In this document: in pieces, positions 18,380 through 28,437 of the stretch
Numbering within the stretch: position 1 is the stretch's first letter
How the letters are laid out: the number at the start of each line of letters is the position of its first letter
Notes under the pieces: model-generated
What the model was told of the DNA's origin: nothing
Databases searched by the model: none
Seen by the model: only the letters and a program-made list of their open reading frames with translations
Made by a program: the position numbers and the translations under genes
From: Candidatus Omnitrophota bacterium
GTDB lineage: Bacteria > Omnitrophota > Gorgyraeia > Duberdicusellales > 4484-171
Direction: 5' to 3'
Length of the DNA: 64,000 nt
Assembly: GCA_016935525.1 (NCBI GenBank)
Contig: JAFGQU010000005.1
Span: forward strand, 2,190 to 66,189

Positions 18380-19053
18380 AAACAAAAGGAGTCCAATTAT
18401 CAAAACCGTCTCCAGCGTGGATGCTTACCTATGGAGACATGGTAACCTTGATCCTGGTGTTTTTTGTCCTGCTGTTTACTCTTTCCGATATCAATATCGT
18501 AAAGTTCAGCAGTTTCTTTAAGAAGATGAAGAAACCGCCGGTAGTGTTGGATGAAGAACAATTGCGTCGGGTGATGCTGGAGCTGGCAAACTATGCTCAA
18601 GAGAAAGGATTAGAAGATAAAATCGGCCTGGCGATCGATCTTCAGGGATTGACCATTACGCTTACCGAGAGCATCATGTTCCGTTCCGGGCAGGCGGTTC
18701 TTATGCCGGAAGCTCTTCCGATCCTGGATGTGGTAAGCGACAAGATCATTAATCTGCCTAATCCGCTGATGATCGAAGGGCATACTGATAATATCCCGAT
18801 CCGTAACGAGAAGTTCCCTTCGAACTGGGAGCTTTCGTTGTCGCGTGCGGTGAACGTGTTGAAGTACCTTATTGAGAAAAAAGGAGTTGAACCGGCGCGT
18901 ATTTCGGCGGCAGGATATGCCGAATACCGGCCGGTCGCATCGAACGATACTCCCGAAGGGCGTGCGGGAAATAGAAGAGTCGTGTTAGTCGTGTTACGGC
19001 AGGAAATGAAAGGTTTTGAAAGTAAACCGGAGGAGGTTGAGAATGGGAACTAA
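18376..19053 (+). CDS. motB: Stator subunit MotB/PomB
   Basis: WMLTYGDMVTLILVFFVLL; OmpA-like EGHTD, NWELS, NRRV. Confidence 0.95.
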   Translation: MKTKGVQLSKPSPAWMLTYGDMVTLILVFFVLLFTLSDINIVKFSSFFKKMKKPPVVLDEEQLRRVMLELANYAQEKGLEDKIGLAIDLQGLTITLTESIMFRSGQAVLMPEALPILDVVSDKIINLPNPLMIEGHTDNIPIRNEKFPSNWELSLSRAVNVLKYLIEKKGVEPARISAAGYAEYRPVASNDTPEGRAGNRRVVLVVLRQEMKGFESKPEEVENGN

Positions 19054-19948
19054 TGTCACGAGTAAAGATTTAAAGATGATCCAACAGGTAAACGGCGAGA
19101 TCGCCAAAAAGATCACAAAAGTGTTTTCTACTCTTTTAGGCAAACCGGTCCAGATGCTTTTCAAGGAGATCCGTATCGATACGTTAGACAATATTTCGGC
19201 TCAGTTGCCTCAGGAGGCGTTAGGGTTCAAATATATTGTCGATCATGATGCGAAAGCGGCCGGGATGAGGATGTTTCCCAAAAAACTCGCGTTGCTTTTA
19301 GCCGAACTGCTCCTTGGCCAGGACGGAAAGAACCCTCCGGCGGAACTTTCCGAACAGCATATCGAAGCCCTCAGCCATGCCTTTAAAAAACTATTAGAAG
19401 CCGAAGGGACCGCGTATGCGCAATTGCTGAGTAAAAAATTCGTGTTTGAGTTGCAGGAAGTAAAGACGATAACTCCTTCGGCGCTTTTGAAAGAGATGGA
19501 TACCAAAGAACAGAAAGTACTGGGAGTGACCACTATCGGTGTCGAAGGGTTTTTTGAGGAAACCGCCTATGACGTAGCTCCCCTGACTTTTGTGAATGCG
19601 GTACTGGAGATGGCGGCGCTTAAAATATCACCACAGGGCGGAAAAGTCGAAGGATGGAATTTAGGCGAATTGAAAAAAGAAAAAACTGCTTCCGCCGCGC
19701 TCAATGATATCTCATTTTTGTTGGATACCCCGCTCCATCTTACCGTCGAGATCGGCCGGGCAAAGCTGTCTTTGCGTGATGTGCTGGAACTGGGTATCGG
19801 TTCGATTGTCGAATTAGAAAAACTTGCCGGGGAACCGGTAGACATCAAAGTGAATAATAAACTTTTGGCTAAAGGGGAAGTCGTAGTGATCGATGAGAAT
19901 TTTGGCGTAAGGATCATGAACATTATCAGTCCGCATGAACGAGTATAG
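19043..19948 (+). CDS. fliN: Motor switch protein FliN/FliY (degenerate CheC-like N-domain + SpoA domain)
   Basis: C-terminal LTVEIGR...GSIVELEKLAGEPVDI...GEVVVIDENFGVRI; start ATG 19043 after GGAGG. Confidence 0.88.
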   Translation: MGTNVTSKDLKMIQQVNGEIAKKITKVFSTLLGKPVQMLFKEIRIDTLDNISAQLPQEALGFKYIVDHDAKAAGMRMFPKKLALLLAELLLGQDGKNPPAELSEQHIEALSHAFKKLLEAEGTAYAQLLSKKFVFELQEVKTITPSALLKEMDTKEQKVLGVTTIGVEGFFEETAYDVAPLTFVNAVLEMAALKISPQGGKVEGWNLGELKKEKTASAALNDISFLLDTPLHLTVEIGRAKLSLRDVLELGIGSIVELEKLAGEPVDIKVNNKLLAKGEVVVIDENFGVRIMNIISPHERV

Positions 19949-20513
19949 GAAACGTATACTTTTGCTGGTTCTTTTTTTGACCGTAGCGGCGGTTCTACCG
20001 CTTTGGGCGCAAAGTCCGAAAGAAGCCGCACCGGCGGTGGCCGAATATATTCCGCCGCAACCGGCCGGGCCCCCGTCTACTTTTTGGGGGTTTATGGGGA
20101 CAATGTTTAAAATCGCCGCGTCGCTTGCGGTGATCATTGTGTTCATCTACCTTACGGTATACGTGCTGAAGAATATCACCGCTGCTTCCGGGCAACGGGT
20201 CGATCTCCATTTTGGAAACCTTTCGGTCGTGGATTCGTTATATTTGGGGCCGGGAAAATATCTCTATCTTGTGAAAGCCGCACACGAAGTATTGGTGCTT
20301 TCGGCATCGGAGAAAGACCTCGGGTTACTTTCCAAGATCACCGATCCTGAGGTAATCGAAGAACTGATCAAAAAACGCGATGAAAAATGGCAGCAGACAA
20401 AACCGTTTCGTGAATATTTGTACGCGGCTCAGAATACGCACCAGTTAAGGACGTATTTACGGGAATCGTTAGGGTCTTTAAAAAACATGTTGAAGCCTAA
20501 AAAACCAGAATGA
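19935..20513 (+). CDS. fliO: Flagellar biosynthesis protein FliO/FliZ
   Basis: TM helix then LSVVDSLYLGPGKYLYLVK; located between fliN and fliP. Confidence 0.85.
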   Translation: MNEYRKRILLLVLFLTVAAVLPLWAQSPKEAAPAVAEYIPPQPAGPPSTFWGFMGTMFKIAASLAVIIVFIYLTVYVLKNITAASGQRVDLHFGNLSVVDSLYLGPGKYLYLVKAAHEVLVLSASEKDLGLLSKITDPEVIEELIKKRDEKWQQTKPFREYLYAAQNTHQLRTYLRESLGSLKNMLKPKKPE

Positions 20514-21268
20514 AATTTCGTCGCACGCTCATTTTTGCTTTTCTTGTAGGGATGCTCAGCCTGGGGGTGTTCGGTGTGTACGCTCAAAATATTCCTATCC
20601 CGAGCGTGTCGATCAACTTCGGGGAATCGCAAAACCCTAAAGACGTCGCGTTCACCCTGCAGATCCTGTTCATCCTCACTATCCTTACCCTGGCTCCGGC
20701 TATCGTGATCATGTTGACTTCATTCACCCGGATCGTCATCGTCTTGGCATTTGTCCGCCAGGCACTGGCAACTCAGCAGATCCCGCCTAACCAGGTATTG
20801 ATCGCGTTGTCCCTTTTTCTGACTTTTTTTGTCATGTCGCCGGTCATCGATAATATCAATGGTAACGCGTTTCAACCTTACCTGAAAGGAGAGATGACTC
20901 AGGCGGCGGCGTTTGATACGTCGTTGGGGTATTTAAGGGAATTCATGATAAAACAGACCAGGCCTAACGATATCGCTTTGTTCATCCATCTTTCCCGTTC
21001 GGCTCAGCCTACCGTAGCTGCCGATATCCCTAATACCGTCCTTATCCCCGCGTTTATATTAAGTGAGATCAAAACCGCTTTTCAATTAGGGTTCGTTATA
21101 TTTATTCCGTTTTTGATTATCGATCTGGTCGTGGCCAGTACGCTTATTTCGATGGGAATGTTGCTGTTGCCCCCGATCCTTATTTCTTTTCCGTTTAAAT
21201 TGTTGTTATTTATTATGGTCGACGGGTGGCATTTGATCACCCGTTCTCTGGTATACAGTTTCCGGTAA
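20510..21268 (+). CDS. fliP: Export gate protein FliP
   Basis: TSFTRIVIVL, PPNQVL, PFKLLLFIMVDGW. Confidence 0.98.
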   Translation: MKFRRTLIFAFLVGMLSLGVFGVYAQNIPIPSVSINFGESQNPKDVAFTLQILFILTILTLAPAIVIMLTSFTRIVIVLAFVRQALATQQIPPNQVLIALSLFLTFFVMSPVIDNINGNAFQPYLKGEMTQAAAFDTSLGYLREFMIKQTRPNDIALFIHLSRSAQPTVAADIPNTVLIPAFILSEIKTAFQLGFVIFIPFLIIDLVVASTLISMGMLLLPPILISFPFKLLLFIMVDGWHLITRSLVYSFR

Positions 21269-21322
21269 CAGTGGTGTCGATAAATGAATGGGTATATGCG
21301 AGTGTTTTTTATTCTCGTAATG

Positions 21323-21345
21323 CGAACGACGAACGACGAACGACG
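21323..21345. repeat. CGAACGA heptamer repeats (family also at 23485-23572, 47384-47470, 61666-61693)
   Basis: Tandem 7-mers in an intergenic gap. Confidence 0.7.
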
Positions 21346-21350
21346 GGCTT

Positions 21351-21620
21351 ATGACTGAAGCATATCTTTTAGGATTGGGTCAGAACGCGCTGGTGATCTA
21401 TCTCCAGTTAGCCGGTCCGATTTTAGCGTTTGCGCTTACTGCCGGCCTTCTGGTGAGTATCGTCCAGGCGGTAACGCAAATACAGGATATGACCTTGACG
21501 TTTATCCCGAAGATCGTCGCGACGGTATTAGCGTTAGTCCTTTTCGGGCCCTGGATGTTAAAATCGATTATCAAATTTACTTTCGATTTGTTGGTTTCAA
21601 TGCCTAATTTAGTACGTTAA
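21351..21620 (+). CDS. fliQ: Export gate protein FliQ
   Basis: QAVTQIQDMTLTFIPK. Confidence 0.97.
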   Translation: MTEAYLLGLGQNALVIYLQLAGPILAFALTAGLLVSIVQAVTQIQDMTLTFIPKIVATVLALVLFGPWMLKSIIKFTFDLLVSMPNLVR

Positions 21621-21621
21621 C

Positions 21622-22410
21622 ATGGAAATGTTAAATTCGTTATTACAATTCAACACTCCTCAATTCCAGAGTTTCATTCTTTTAGTCGCCCGGTTCTCCG
21701 GGTTATTTCTTACCGCTCCGGTATTCAGCAACCCGGTTATCCCCAAGATGGTAAAACTCGGATTAATGTTTTTTCTGGGGTTTATCATATTTCCGTTTGT
21801 CGAAAAGATCCCGCTCGTATATGAAAACCCGTTTACTCTTTTTGTCGCCCTGGTGAAAGAGTTCGGGATAGGGGTGTTTCTCGGTTTTTTCGTGAGTTTG
21901 ATCTTCATCGGATTGCAACTTGCCGGGCAGTTTATCGATTACCAGACCGGGTTTGGACTGGTCAATGTCATCGACCCGGAATCACAGGTACAGGTCCCGC
22001 TGGCCGGCCGGTTCCTTTATATTCTTGCCGCGCTTCTTTTTCTGATTATCGGGGGGCATCATCTGATCATTAAAAGTTTAGCCGAAAGCTTCCGTGTATT
22101 TCCGTTGGGAAATTTTACATTTGATCTTCGTCTTCTGGCGGTGATCAACAGGACCTTCGTCCAGTTATTTTTCATTGCGTTTAAGATCGCCGCTCCGGTA
22201 GTCGCGGCGGTATTTCTGGCGGAGATGTCGTATGGAGTAGTTGCCCGGGCGATTCCGCAATTGAATATTCTTATTGTCGGGTTGCCGTTAAAGCTCGGAT
22301 TGGGGACCTATTTTCTTCTGCTTACTCTGCCGTTTTTTTTCTGGATCGTCAAACGGGAGTTTTTTAACATTTTTTTAAGTATCCGTAACCTTTTTCAATT
22401 GTTGAGGTAA
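21622..22410 (+). CDS. fliR: Export gate protein FliR
   Basis: AGQFIDYQTGF, PQLNILIVGLPLK. Confidence 0.96.
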   Translation: MEMLNSLLQFNTPQFQSFILLVARFSGLFLTAPVFSNPVIPKMVKLGLMFFLGFIIFPFVEKIPLVYENPFTLFVALVKEFGIGVFLGFFVSLIFIGLQLAGQFIDYQTGFGLVNVIDPESQVQVPLAGRFLYILAALLFLIIGGHHLIIKSLAESFRVFPLGNFTFDLRLLAVINRTFVQLFFIAFKIAAPVVAAVFLAEMSYGVVARAIPQLNILIVGLPLKLGLGTYFLLLTLPFFFWIVKREFFNIFLSIRNLFQLLR

Positions 22411-22411
22411 T

Positions 22412-23479
22412 ATGCCCGAGACTGATAAAAGATATCCTGCGACTCCGCACCGTCGGCGCGAAGCGCGCCAAAAAGGACAGGTTGCCAAAAGTATTGAGAT
22501 CAATACGGCAGTCGTCCTTTTCGGCGGATTTATTGTCTTACGGTTTGTATCGGCTTATATGTTTACCAATTTAAAAGATATCGTGGTGACCAGCTTTACT
22601 TTTATTCCGCAGCAGGACATCAGCATGACGTTAGTGCTCGCTCACGCGCCGGCATTAACCCTGAAATTCCTTATGATGATCGCGCCGGTCTTATTAGCGA
22701 TTGCCGTGATCGCGGTACTGGCGAACATATTGCAGATTGGGTTTCTTACCTCGAACGAAGCGATCAAACCGCAGTTAAACCGGCTGAATCCGATTAACGG
22801 GTTTAAACGGATCTTTTCCGCCCGGGCGTTAGTCGAACTTTTTAAGTCGCTGATGAAGATCTCCGTGACCGCGGCGATTACGTATGCCGTTATTCGTTCT
22901 TCTTTGCATCGGTTGGTCTATATGATCGCGATGGAGCCTCAACTGGGGATGTCTATCATCGGTCAGATCGTTTTTTCGTTGATCGCGAAATTATGTACCG
23001 CTCTTGGCGGTATTGCCGTGCTCGATTATCTTTATCAGCGCTGGGAACATGAGCGGTCTTTACGTATGACCCATCAGGAATTGAAAGAAGAGATCATCCG
23101 TTATGAGGGAAGACCGGAAGTGAAACAGCGGATAAAGACCTTGCAGCGTCAATATGCCACCCGACGGATGATGCAGGAAGTCCCTAAAGCCGATGTGGTG
23201 GTCACCAACCCGACGCATCTTGCGGTCGCGATAATGTACGATCCTAAACACGGTACCGCGCCGATGGTCGTTGCCAAGGGCGCACGTAACATAGCTGAAA
23301 AGATTATTGCTCTGGCAAAGGAGCACGGGGTGCCGGTGGTCGAAAATAAACCGTTAGCTCAAATGCTTTTTAAAATGGTCGAGATAGGCAAGATGATCCC
23401 GGTAACGATGTATCAAGCGGTAGCCGAAGTACTGGCTTATTTATACCGTTTAGGGAAACTGAAGAAAAGATGGAACTAA
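22412..23479 (+). CDS. flhB: Export switch protein FlhB
   Basis: NPTH autocleavage motif; ATPHRRREARQKGQV. Confidence 0.97.
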   Translation: MPETDKRYPATPHRRREARQKGQVAKSIEINTAVVLFGGFIVLRFVSAYMFTNLKDIVVTSFTFIPQQDISMTLVLAHAPALTLKFLMMIAPVLLAIAVIAVLANILQIGFLTSNEAIKPQLNRLNPINGFKRIFSARALVELFKSLMKISVTAAITYAVIRSSLHRLVYMIAMEPQLGMSIIGQIVFSLIAKLCTALGGIAVLDYLYQRWEHERSLRMTHQELKEEIIRYEGRPEVKQRIKTLQRQYATRRMMQEVPKADVVVTNPTHLAVAIMYDPKHGTAPMVVAKGARNIAEKIIALAKEHGVPVVENKPLAQMLFKMVEIGKMIPVTMYQAVAEVLAYLYRLGKLKKRWN

Positions 23480-23484
23480 TGCAT

Positions 23485-23572
23485 ATAGTCGATAGTCGTT
23501 GGTCGAGAGTATCTAGTGAAAAAATAGGATGCCATATACGAACGACGAACGACGAACGACCAAAGACGAAAG
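23485..23572. repeat. Heptamer-repeat hairpin (ATAGTCG/TTGGTCG ... CGAACGA)
   Basis: Left arm of xxxGTCG 7-mers; right arm of complementary-type CGAxxGA 7-mers. Confidence 0.7.
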
Positions 23573-23576
23573 AAGT

Positions 23577-25649
23577 ATGACAGAGGATATAGCGGTTTTA
23601 AAAAGATTTACGCAGCTCGGCGAACTTTTGCTGGGGCTAGGGTTGCTGATCGTCATCGGCATGTTGCTTTTGCCGCTGCCGCCTTTTCTATTAGACCTGT
23701 TCCTGGTATTTAATATCGGGATTTCGTTGGTAGTGCTTTTGGTGACGATGTATATCCAGGAATCGGTACATTTCTCTATTTTTCCCAGCGCGTTATTGAT
23801 GATGACGTTATTCCGGTTGGGATTGAATATCGCCGCGTCGCGCGCGATTTTGACGCGCGGGATCAATGCCGGTAATATTATCAGTTCGTTTGGGACCTTT
23901 GTGGTCGCCGGGAATTATGTGGTCGGGTTGGTTATTTTTATTATCCTGGTGATCATCCAGTTTATTGTCATCACTAATGGCGCCCAACGTGTCGCCGAGG
24001 TCGCCGCCCGGTTTACCTTGGACGCGATGCCGGGGAAACAGATGTCTATCGACGCCGATTTAAATGCCGGGCTTATCACTGAGACCGACGCGCGCCAGCG
24101 CCGGGCCAATATCGAAAAAGAGGCCGATTTTTATGGAGCGATGGATGGAGCGGCCCGGTTTATCCGGGGAGACGCGATCGCGGCTATCATCATTATCATA
24201 GTAAACATTATCGGCGGATTTATTGTCGGGGTGTTTCAGCAGAATATGGCTTTACAGGACGCCTTGCGTACGTATGTGTTACTCACCATCGGTGCGGGAA
24301 TCGCCATGCAGATCCCGGCTTTGTTTATCGCGACCGGTACCGGTATTATCGTATCCCGGGTATCCAACGAATCGAATTTAGGAAAAGACCTATCGTCTCA
24401 GATTTTCAGCCAACCGCAGGCGTTGGTCGTGACGGCCGGGCTTCTTTCCCTTTTACTTTTTATTCCGGCATTACCGAAACTGCCTATTTTTCTTATTGCT
24501 CTTTCAACCGGAGGAATCGCCTATATTGTGAAAAACGCGGCAAAACGGGCGACCGCAGAAGAAGGTAAACGGACCGAAAAAGAAGCGATGCTTAAACGTA
24601 AACCGGAAAACGTCATTAACTTACTTAAAGTAGATCCGATCGAACTGGAGATCGGCTATGGACTTATTCCTCTGGTAAATCCCGAGCAAGGCGGGACGTT
24701 GCTTGACCGGGTCGGTCTTATCCGGCGTCAATTAGCGCTTGACCTGGGGATTGTCGTTCCGCCGGTACGTATCCGGGATAACATTCAGCTGGCCCCTAAT
24801 CAGTATAGTATTAAGATCAAAGGGATCGAAGTCGCCAGGAAAGAGGTCCAGCTTAATCACTATCTTGCGATCAATCCCGGTAAGGTCAAAGAAGAGATAA
24901 GGGGTATTGCCGGCAGCGAACCGGTATTCAATTTACCGGGGGTATGGATCATGGAAGGGCAACGGCGTAAAGCCGAAGTGAACGGGTATACGGTGGTTGA
25001 TATCGCGACGGTTATTTCCACTCATCTTAGCGAGATCATTAAATCGAATGCCCCGGAACTGGTCACCCGCCAGGATATCCAGAACCTTCTCGATAATCTG
25101 AAGAAAGATTATCCGGCAGTGGTCGACGAACTGGTACCGAATGTGATGAACGTAGGAGATATCCAGAAAATACTGAAAGGTCTATTACGAGAACGCGTGC
25201 CGGTAAGGGATCTGGTGACCGTATGTGAGACCCTTGCCGACCATGGCCGGCTGACTAAAAATATCGATGTCTTGATCGAAACCGTAAGAGCCGCGTTAGG
25301 CCATAATATCTGTAAACAATATGTTTCTCCGGACAAGATCCTTTACGTGACGACGTTGAGCCCGCAAATCGAACGGCAGATAGCCGATAGGATCCAGAAT
25401 CAGGATGAACCGGGAGAGATCGCTTTTGACCCGGAATTCGTCAAAGAGGTCCTGAATTCTACTGCGAAAGCTTTAGAGAATCTGCTGGCGAAAGGCTGCC
25501 AACCGGTGATCCTGGTATCGCCGCATGTCCGGTTGGCGTTACGCCGGATGACCGAACGCAGCCTTCCTAACCTGGCGGTACTCTCTTATCGGGAAATACC
25601 GGTCGGTCAGGAAGTAAAAGTGTTGGGGAGCGTGATGAGTCCAGTATGA
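23577..25649 (+). CDS. flhA: Export apparatus protein FlhA
   Basis: RVAEVAARFTLDAMPGKQMSIDADL; start moved past the repeat to ATG 23577. Confidence 0.97.
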   Translation: MTEDIAVLKRFTQLGELLLGLGLLIVIGMLLLPLPPFLLDLFLVFNIGISLVVLLVTMYIQESVHFSIFPSALLMMTLFRLGLNIAASRAILTRGINAGNIISSFGTFVVAGNYVVGLVIFIILVIIQFIVITNGAQRVAEVAARFTLDAMPGKQMSIDADLNAGLITETDARQRRANIEKEADFYGAMDGAARFIRGDAIAAIIIIIVNIIGGFIVGVFQQNMALQDALRTYVLLTIGAGIAMQIPALFIATGTGIIVSRVSNESNLGKDLSSQIFSQPQALVVTAGLLSLLLFIPALPKLPIFLIALSTGGIAYIVKNAAKRATAEEGKRTEKEAMLKRKPENVINLLKVDPIELEIGYGLIPLVNPEQGGTLLDRVGLIRRQLALDLGIVVPPVRIRDNIQLAPNQYSIKIKGIEVARKEVQLNHYLAINPGKVKEEIRGIAGSEPVFNLPGVWIMEGQRRKAEVNGYTVVDIATVISTHLSEIIKSNAPELVTRQDIQNLLDNLKKDYPAVVDELVPNVMNVGDIQKILKGLLRERVPVRDLVTVCETLADHGRLTKNIDVLIETVRAALGHNICKQYVSPDKILYVTTLSPQIERQIADRIQNQDEPGEIAFDPEFVKEVLNSTAKALENLLAKGCQPVILVSPHVRLALRRMTERSLPNLAVLSYREIPVGQEVKVLGSVMSPV

Positions 25650-26830
25650 AGGTAAAACGGTACGAAGGAAAAAACATCCAGGACGTGATCTCTAAGATCA
25701 AAGTCGATCTTGGCCCGGGAGCGACTATCCTTTACATGAAAGATATTACTCAGAAACGATTGTTCAGGAAAAAGATCAAGAAAATAGAGGTCGTCGCCGG
25801 CAGAGAAGAGACCAAGCCGTCTCTGGATACGGCTAAGATCGAATTGCTCCAGTGGGAACTGAAAGAATTGAAAGAGAGCGTGAAAACCATCACCTCTAAA
25901 ATAACCAACGGACACATAGACCGTCCGGCCGTATCACCCCAGCCCGGCGGTGGCGGCCAACCTTTTTCTATGGTGCCGGGAGAAAACGCCGACCGTAAAA
26001 ATACGTTTGCGCCGGTCATCCGTAATATGAAAAAACGCCTGCGTGATCTCGATATTGAGGAAGAAATAGTCGATTTGGTGATCGAAGAGTTCCAAAATAA
26101 ATACAGTGAGAAAGAATTCATGAACCCGCTTCTTTTTGATGATTTTATCTCAAATTATATTCAGCATCAGATCGCGATTGCCGGCCCGATCGTGACCGGC
26201 GGGCGTAAAGTAGTCGCTTTTGTCGGCCCCACGGGAGTCGGTAAGACTACGACGATCGCCAAGCTTGCCGCTCACTTTTCTCTGGTGGAACGCAAGCGAG
26301 TCTCTTTGTTGACCGTCGATACCTACCGTATCGCCGCGGTCGATCAGTTAAAGACCTACGCTGAGATCATCGGGATACCGGTCGAAGTAGTGTTTAGTCC
26401 CAATGAATTCCTGGCCGCGTTAAGCCGGAACCAGGATAAAGACCTGGTACTTATCGATACTCCGGGCGGGAATCCTTTTGATACGATCCGTATGAGCGAA
26501 TTAAAAAAGTTTCTCGAACAGGATACCCATATCGAAAACCATCTGCTTATCAGCCTTACTACGAAAGCAAAAGAACTGATTGAGATATTCAACTGTTACA
26601 GCGTGATGCATATCGATAAGGTGATCTTTACTAAGTTGGATGAATGTAAAACATTCGGCAATATCCTCAATGTCGCGGCAAAGGTCAATCAGCCGATTTC
26701 TTACGTGACTACGGGACAGAATGTGCCGGATGATATTGAAGTGGGTGAGACAAACCGTCTTATGAATCTTATCTTACGGGGGAGAGAGAGTCTCTTCCAG
26801 GGCCGAAAACTGGAAGGAATAAGAAGATAG
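25646..26830 (+). CDS. flhF: SRP-family GTPase FlhF
   Basis: GPTGVGKTTTIAKLAA, DTYRIAA, TKLDE, GQNVPDDI. Confidence 0.96.
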   Translation: MKVKRYEGKNIQDVISKIKVDLGPGATILYMKDITQKRLFRKKIKKIEVVAGREETKPSLDTAKIELLQWELKELKESVKTITSKITNGHIDRPAVSPQPGGGGQPFSMVPGENADRKNTFAPVIRNMKKRLRDLDIEEEIVDLVIEEFQNKYSEKEFMNPLLFDDFISNYIQHQIAIAGPIVTGGRKVVAFVGPTGVGKTTTIAKLAAHFSLVERKRVSLLTVDTYRIAAVDQLKTYAEIIGIPVEVVFSPNEFLAALSRNQDKDLVLIDTPGGNPFDTIRMSELKKFLEQDTHIENHLLISLTTKAKELIEIFNCYSVMHIDKVIFTKLDECKTFGNILNVAAKVNQPISYVTTGQNVPDDIEVGETNRLMNLILRGRESLFQGRKLEGIRR

Positions 26831-26838
26831 GGAAAACC

Positions 26839-27699
26839 ATGGGCATGATGAACATTGATCAAGCTGACAGTCTGCGCCGGATGATCGAAAAGATCTCTAA
26901 AGGGGTAAACCTGGGATTTTTGAATATTATGGGTTCGATATTCCCTAGAGATAAACCGATATTTGTGTTATCGGGTACGGAAAAAGAATTACTTTCTTTA
27001 AGTAACCTTTCCGGTAATCTGGGGATTGCGCTTGCGACCATGAATCAAAGAGTCGGTATTCTTGACGCTCATTCTCAGAGCGTGAACACTTCGTTGATCC
27101 TGGGAATAGACGCCCCGTTGGGCGTTGCCGATATAGAGAGCGAACGGTATTCATTGAAAGATGTCCTCTACACCGGCCCGTTACGGGTCCAGTTTTTAAA
27201 AGGGTTTGAGATCATTGAAAATATACAATTGTGGGACGGAGTGTATCGCGATCGATTCCTGCAGGATATCCAACAGTTTTTTCAGCGCGAGGCCAACGTG
27301 GTTCTTATCAATGAGATCCGTCCGCGGTTTTCCTTTATGTTGCCGAGGGTGGTGATCGTGTTTTCTCCGACCGAAGAATCAAAAATCGCCGCGTATAAAC
27401 GACTCAAAAAGATGTGTGAGGCAAACCCCGATGCCCAGGTCAGTTTTATTATTAATAACGCCCGGTCTCTGGCCGAAGCCGATAGCATTGCTGAGAACTT
27501 TATGGTTACCGCGAAGAAATTTTTGCATAAAGAAGTAAAGTATCTGGGAGTGATCGCGGTGAGTGCCGATATGGTAAAAAGCATTAAGTTGCGCCGGCCG
27601 TTTATGATCGGTTATCGTTATTCTAAGGCAGCGGAATATATCCGTATCGTAGCAAAAAACATTCTGAATGTATCGGCTCAGACCGTAACGCCGACGTAA
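26839..27699 (+). CDS. flhG: FlhG/MinD-like protein with a degenerate P-loop
   Basis: N-terminal DQADSLRRM activator helix; located after flhF; GKGGVGK is absent. Confidence 0.75.
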   Translation: MGMMNIDQADSLRRMIEKISKGVNLGFLNIMGSIFPRDKPIFVLSGTEKELLSLSNLSGNLGIALATMNQRVGILDAHSQSVNTSLILGIDAPLGVADIESERYSLKDVLYTGPLRVQFLKGFEIIENIQLWDGVYRDRFLQDIQQFFQREANVVLINEIRPRFSFMLPRVVIVFSPTEESKIAAYKRLKKMCEANPDAQVSFIINNARSLAEADSIAENFMVTAKKFLHKEVKYLGVIAVSADMVKSIKLRRPFMIGYRYSKAAEYIRIVAKNILNVSAQTVTPT

Positions 27700-27723
27700 A
27701 GGTAAACGAGTTGATTTGAATCG

Positions 27724-28431
27724 ATGGGGTTTTTAGGTTTAACTACTAAAGAACGCAGTATATGGAATATGATCCAAAGTGGTGATAAAGTGCGGATAAG
27801 ACCCAAAGAAACAAAAGATAAAACCCATGGGAGTTTTGTTTCGCATATAGAAGCGGCGGCGCTCTATGTCAACACCCCGCTTGACGGAACGACTTATTTC
27901 GAGATCGCCCCCCGTACTCCGGTAGAGGTCGACATCGAAATCCTCGGTTATGGCGGAGGGCGGGTAGAATTTTCATCCCGGATCGTTTCTCAACAATGGG
28001 ACAAAAAACGGCTGACCAAGATCGCCTGTCCCCGGAAATTATCCTGGGTGCAGATGCGTCGGTACGTACGTATCGACGTGGTCGTTGATATCGAATTTTC
28101 TGTCGTCGATGCCAAGAAGCCTTCAAAGAACGTATCATTAGGATATCCCCGGTTTCAGGGGGTCACTAAGAATGTGTCTGAGGGGGGATTGATGCTTTTG
28201 GTTGCTAAATCTTCTCAGGTCGACGTGAACCAGCTGATCGACATGCAGGTAAAACTGGACCGCGATGATTCTTTTAAAGTGCGGGGAAAAATATTGCGTC
28301 AGATCGGATTACCCGTCCAGGATAAATATGTGTTAGGCGTCCAGTTTACGCATATTTCGGATGCGGATAAGGAAAAATTAAGACGGTTTATTTTTGAAAC
28401 AGGTAAAAAGAGGAATTTAAGAACAAGGTAA
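27724..28431 (+). CDS. YcgR/PilZ flagellar brake protein 1
   Basis: QMRRYVR and NVSEGG c-di-GMP motifs. Confidence 0.88.
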   Translation: MGFLGLTTKERSIWNMIQSGDKVRIRPKETKDKTHGSFVSHIEAAALYVNTPLDGTTYFEIAPRTPVEVDIEILGYGGGRVEFSSRIVSQQWDKKRLTKIACPRKLSWVQMRRYVRIDVVVDIEFSVVDAKKPSKNVSLGYPRFQGVTKNVSEGGLMLLVAKSSQVDVNQLIDMQVKLDRDDSFKVRGKILRQIGLPVQDKYVLGVQFTHISDADKEKLRRFIFETGKKRNLRTR

Positions 28432-28437
28432 GGTGGT

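Noticed and set aside
23529-23576. N-terminal extensions of FlhA (and of NeuA, NeuB and the acetyltransferase)
   Set aside because: They translate intergenic repeat hairpins; better starts lie downstream
11598-25649. Injectisome-type T3SS
   Set aside because: The export genes sit among rod, hook, stator and flagellin genes, so this is a flagellar export apparatus
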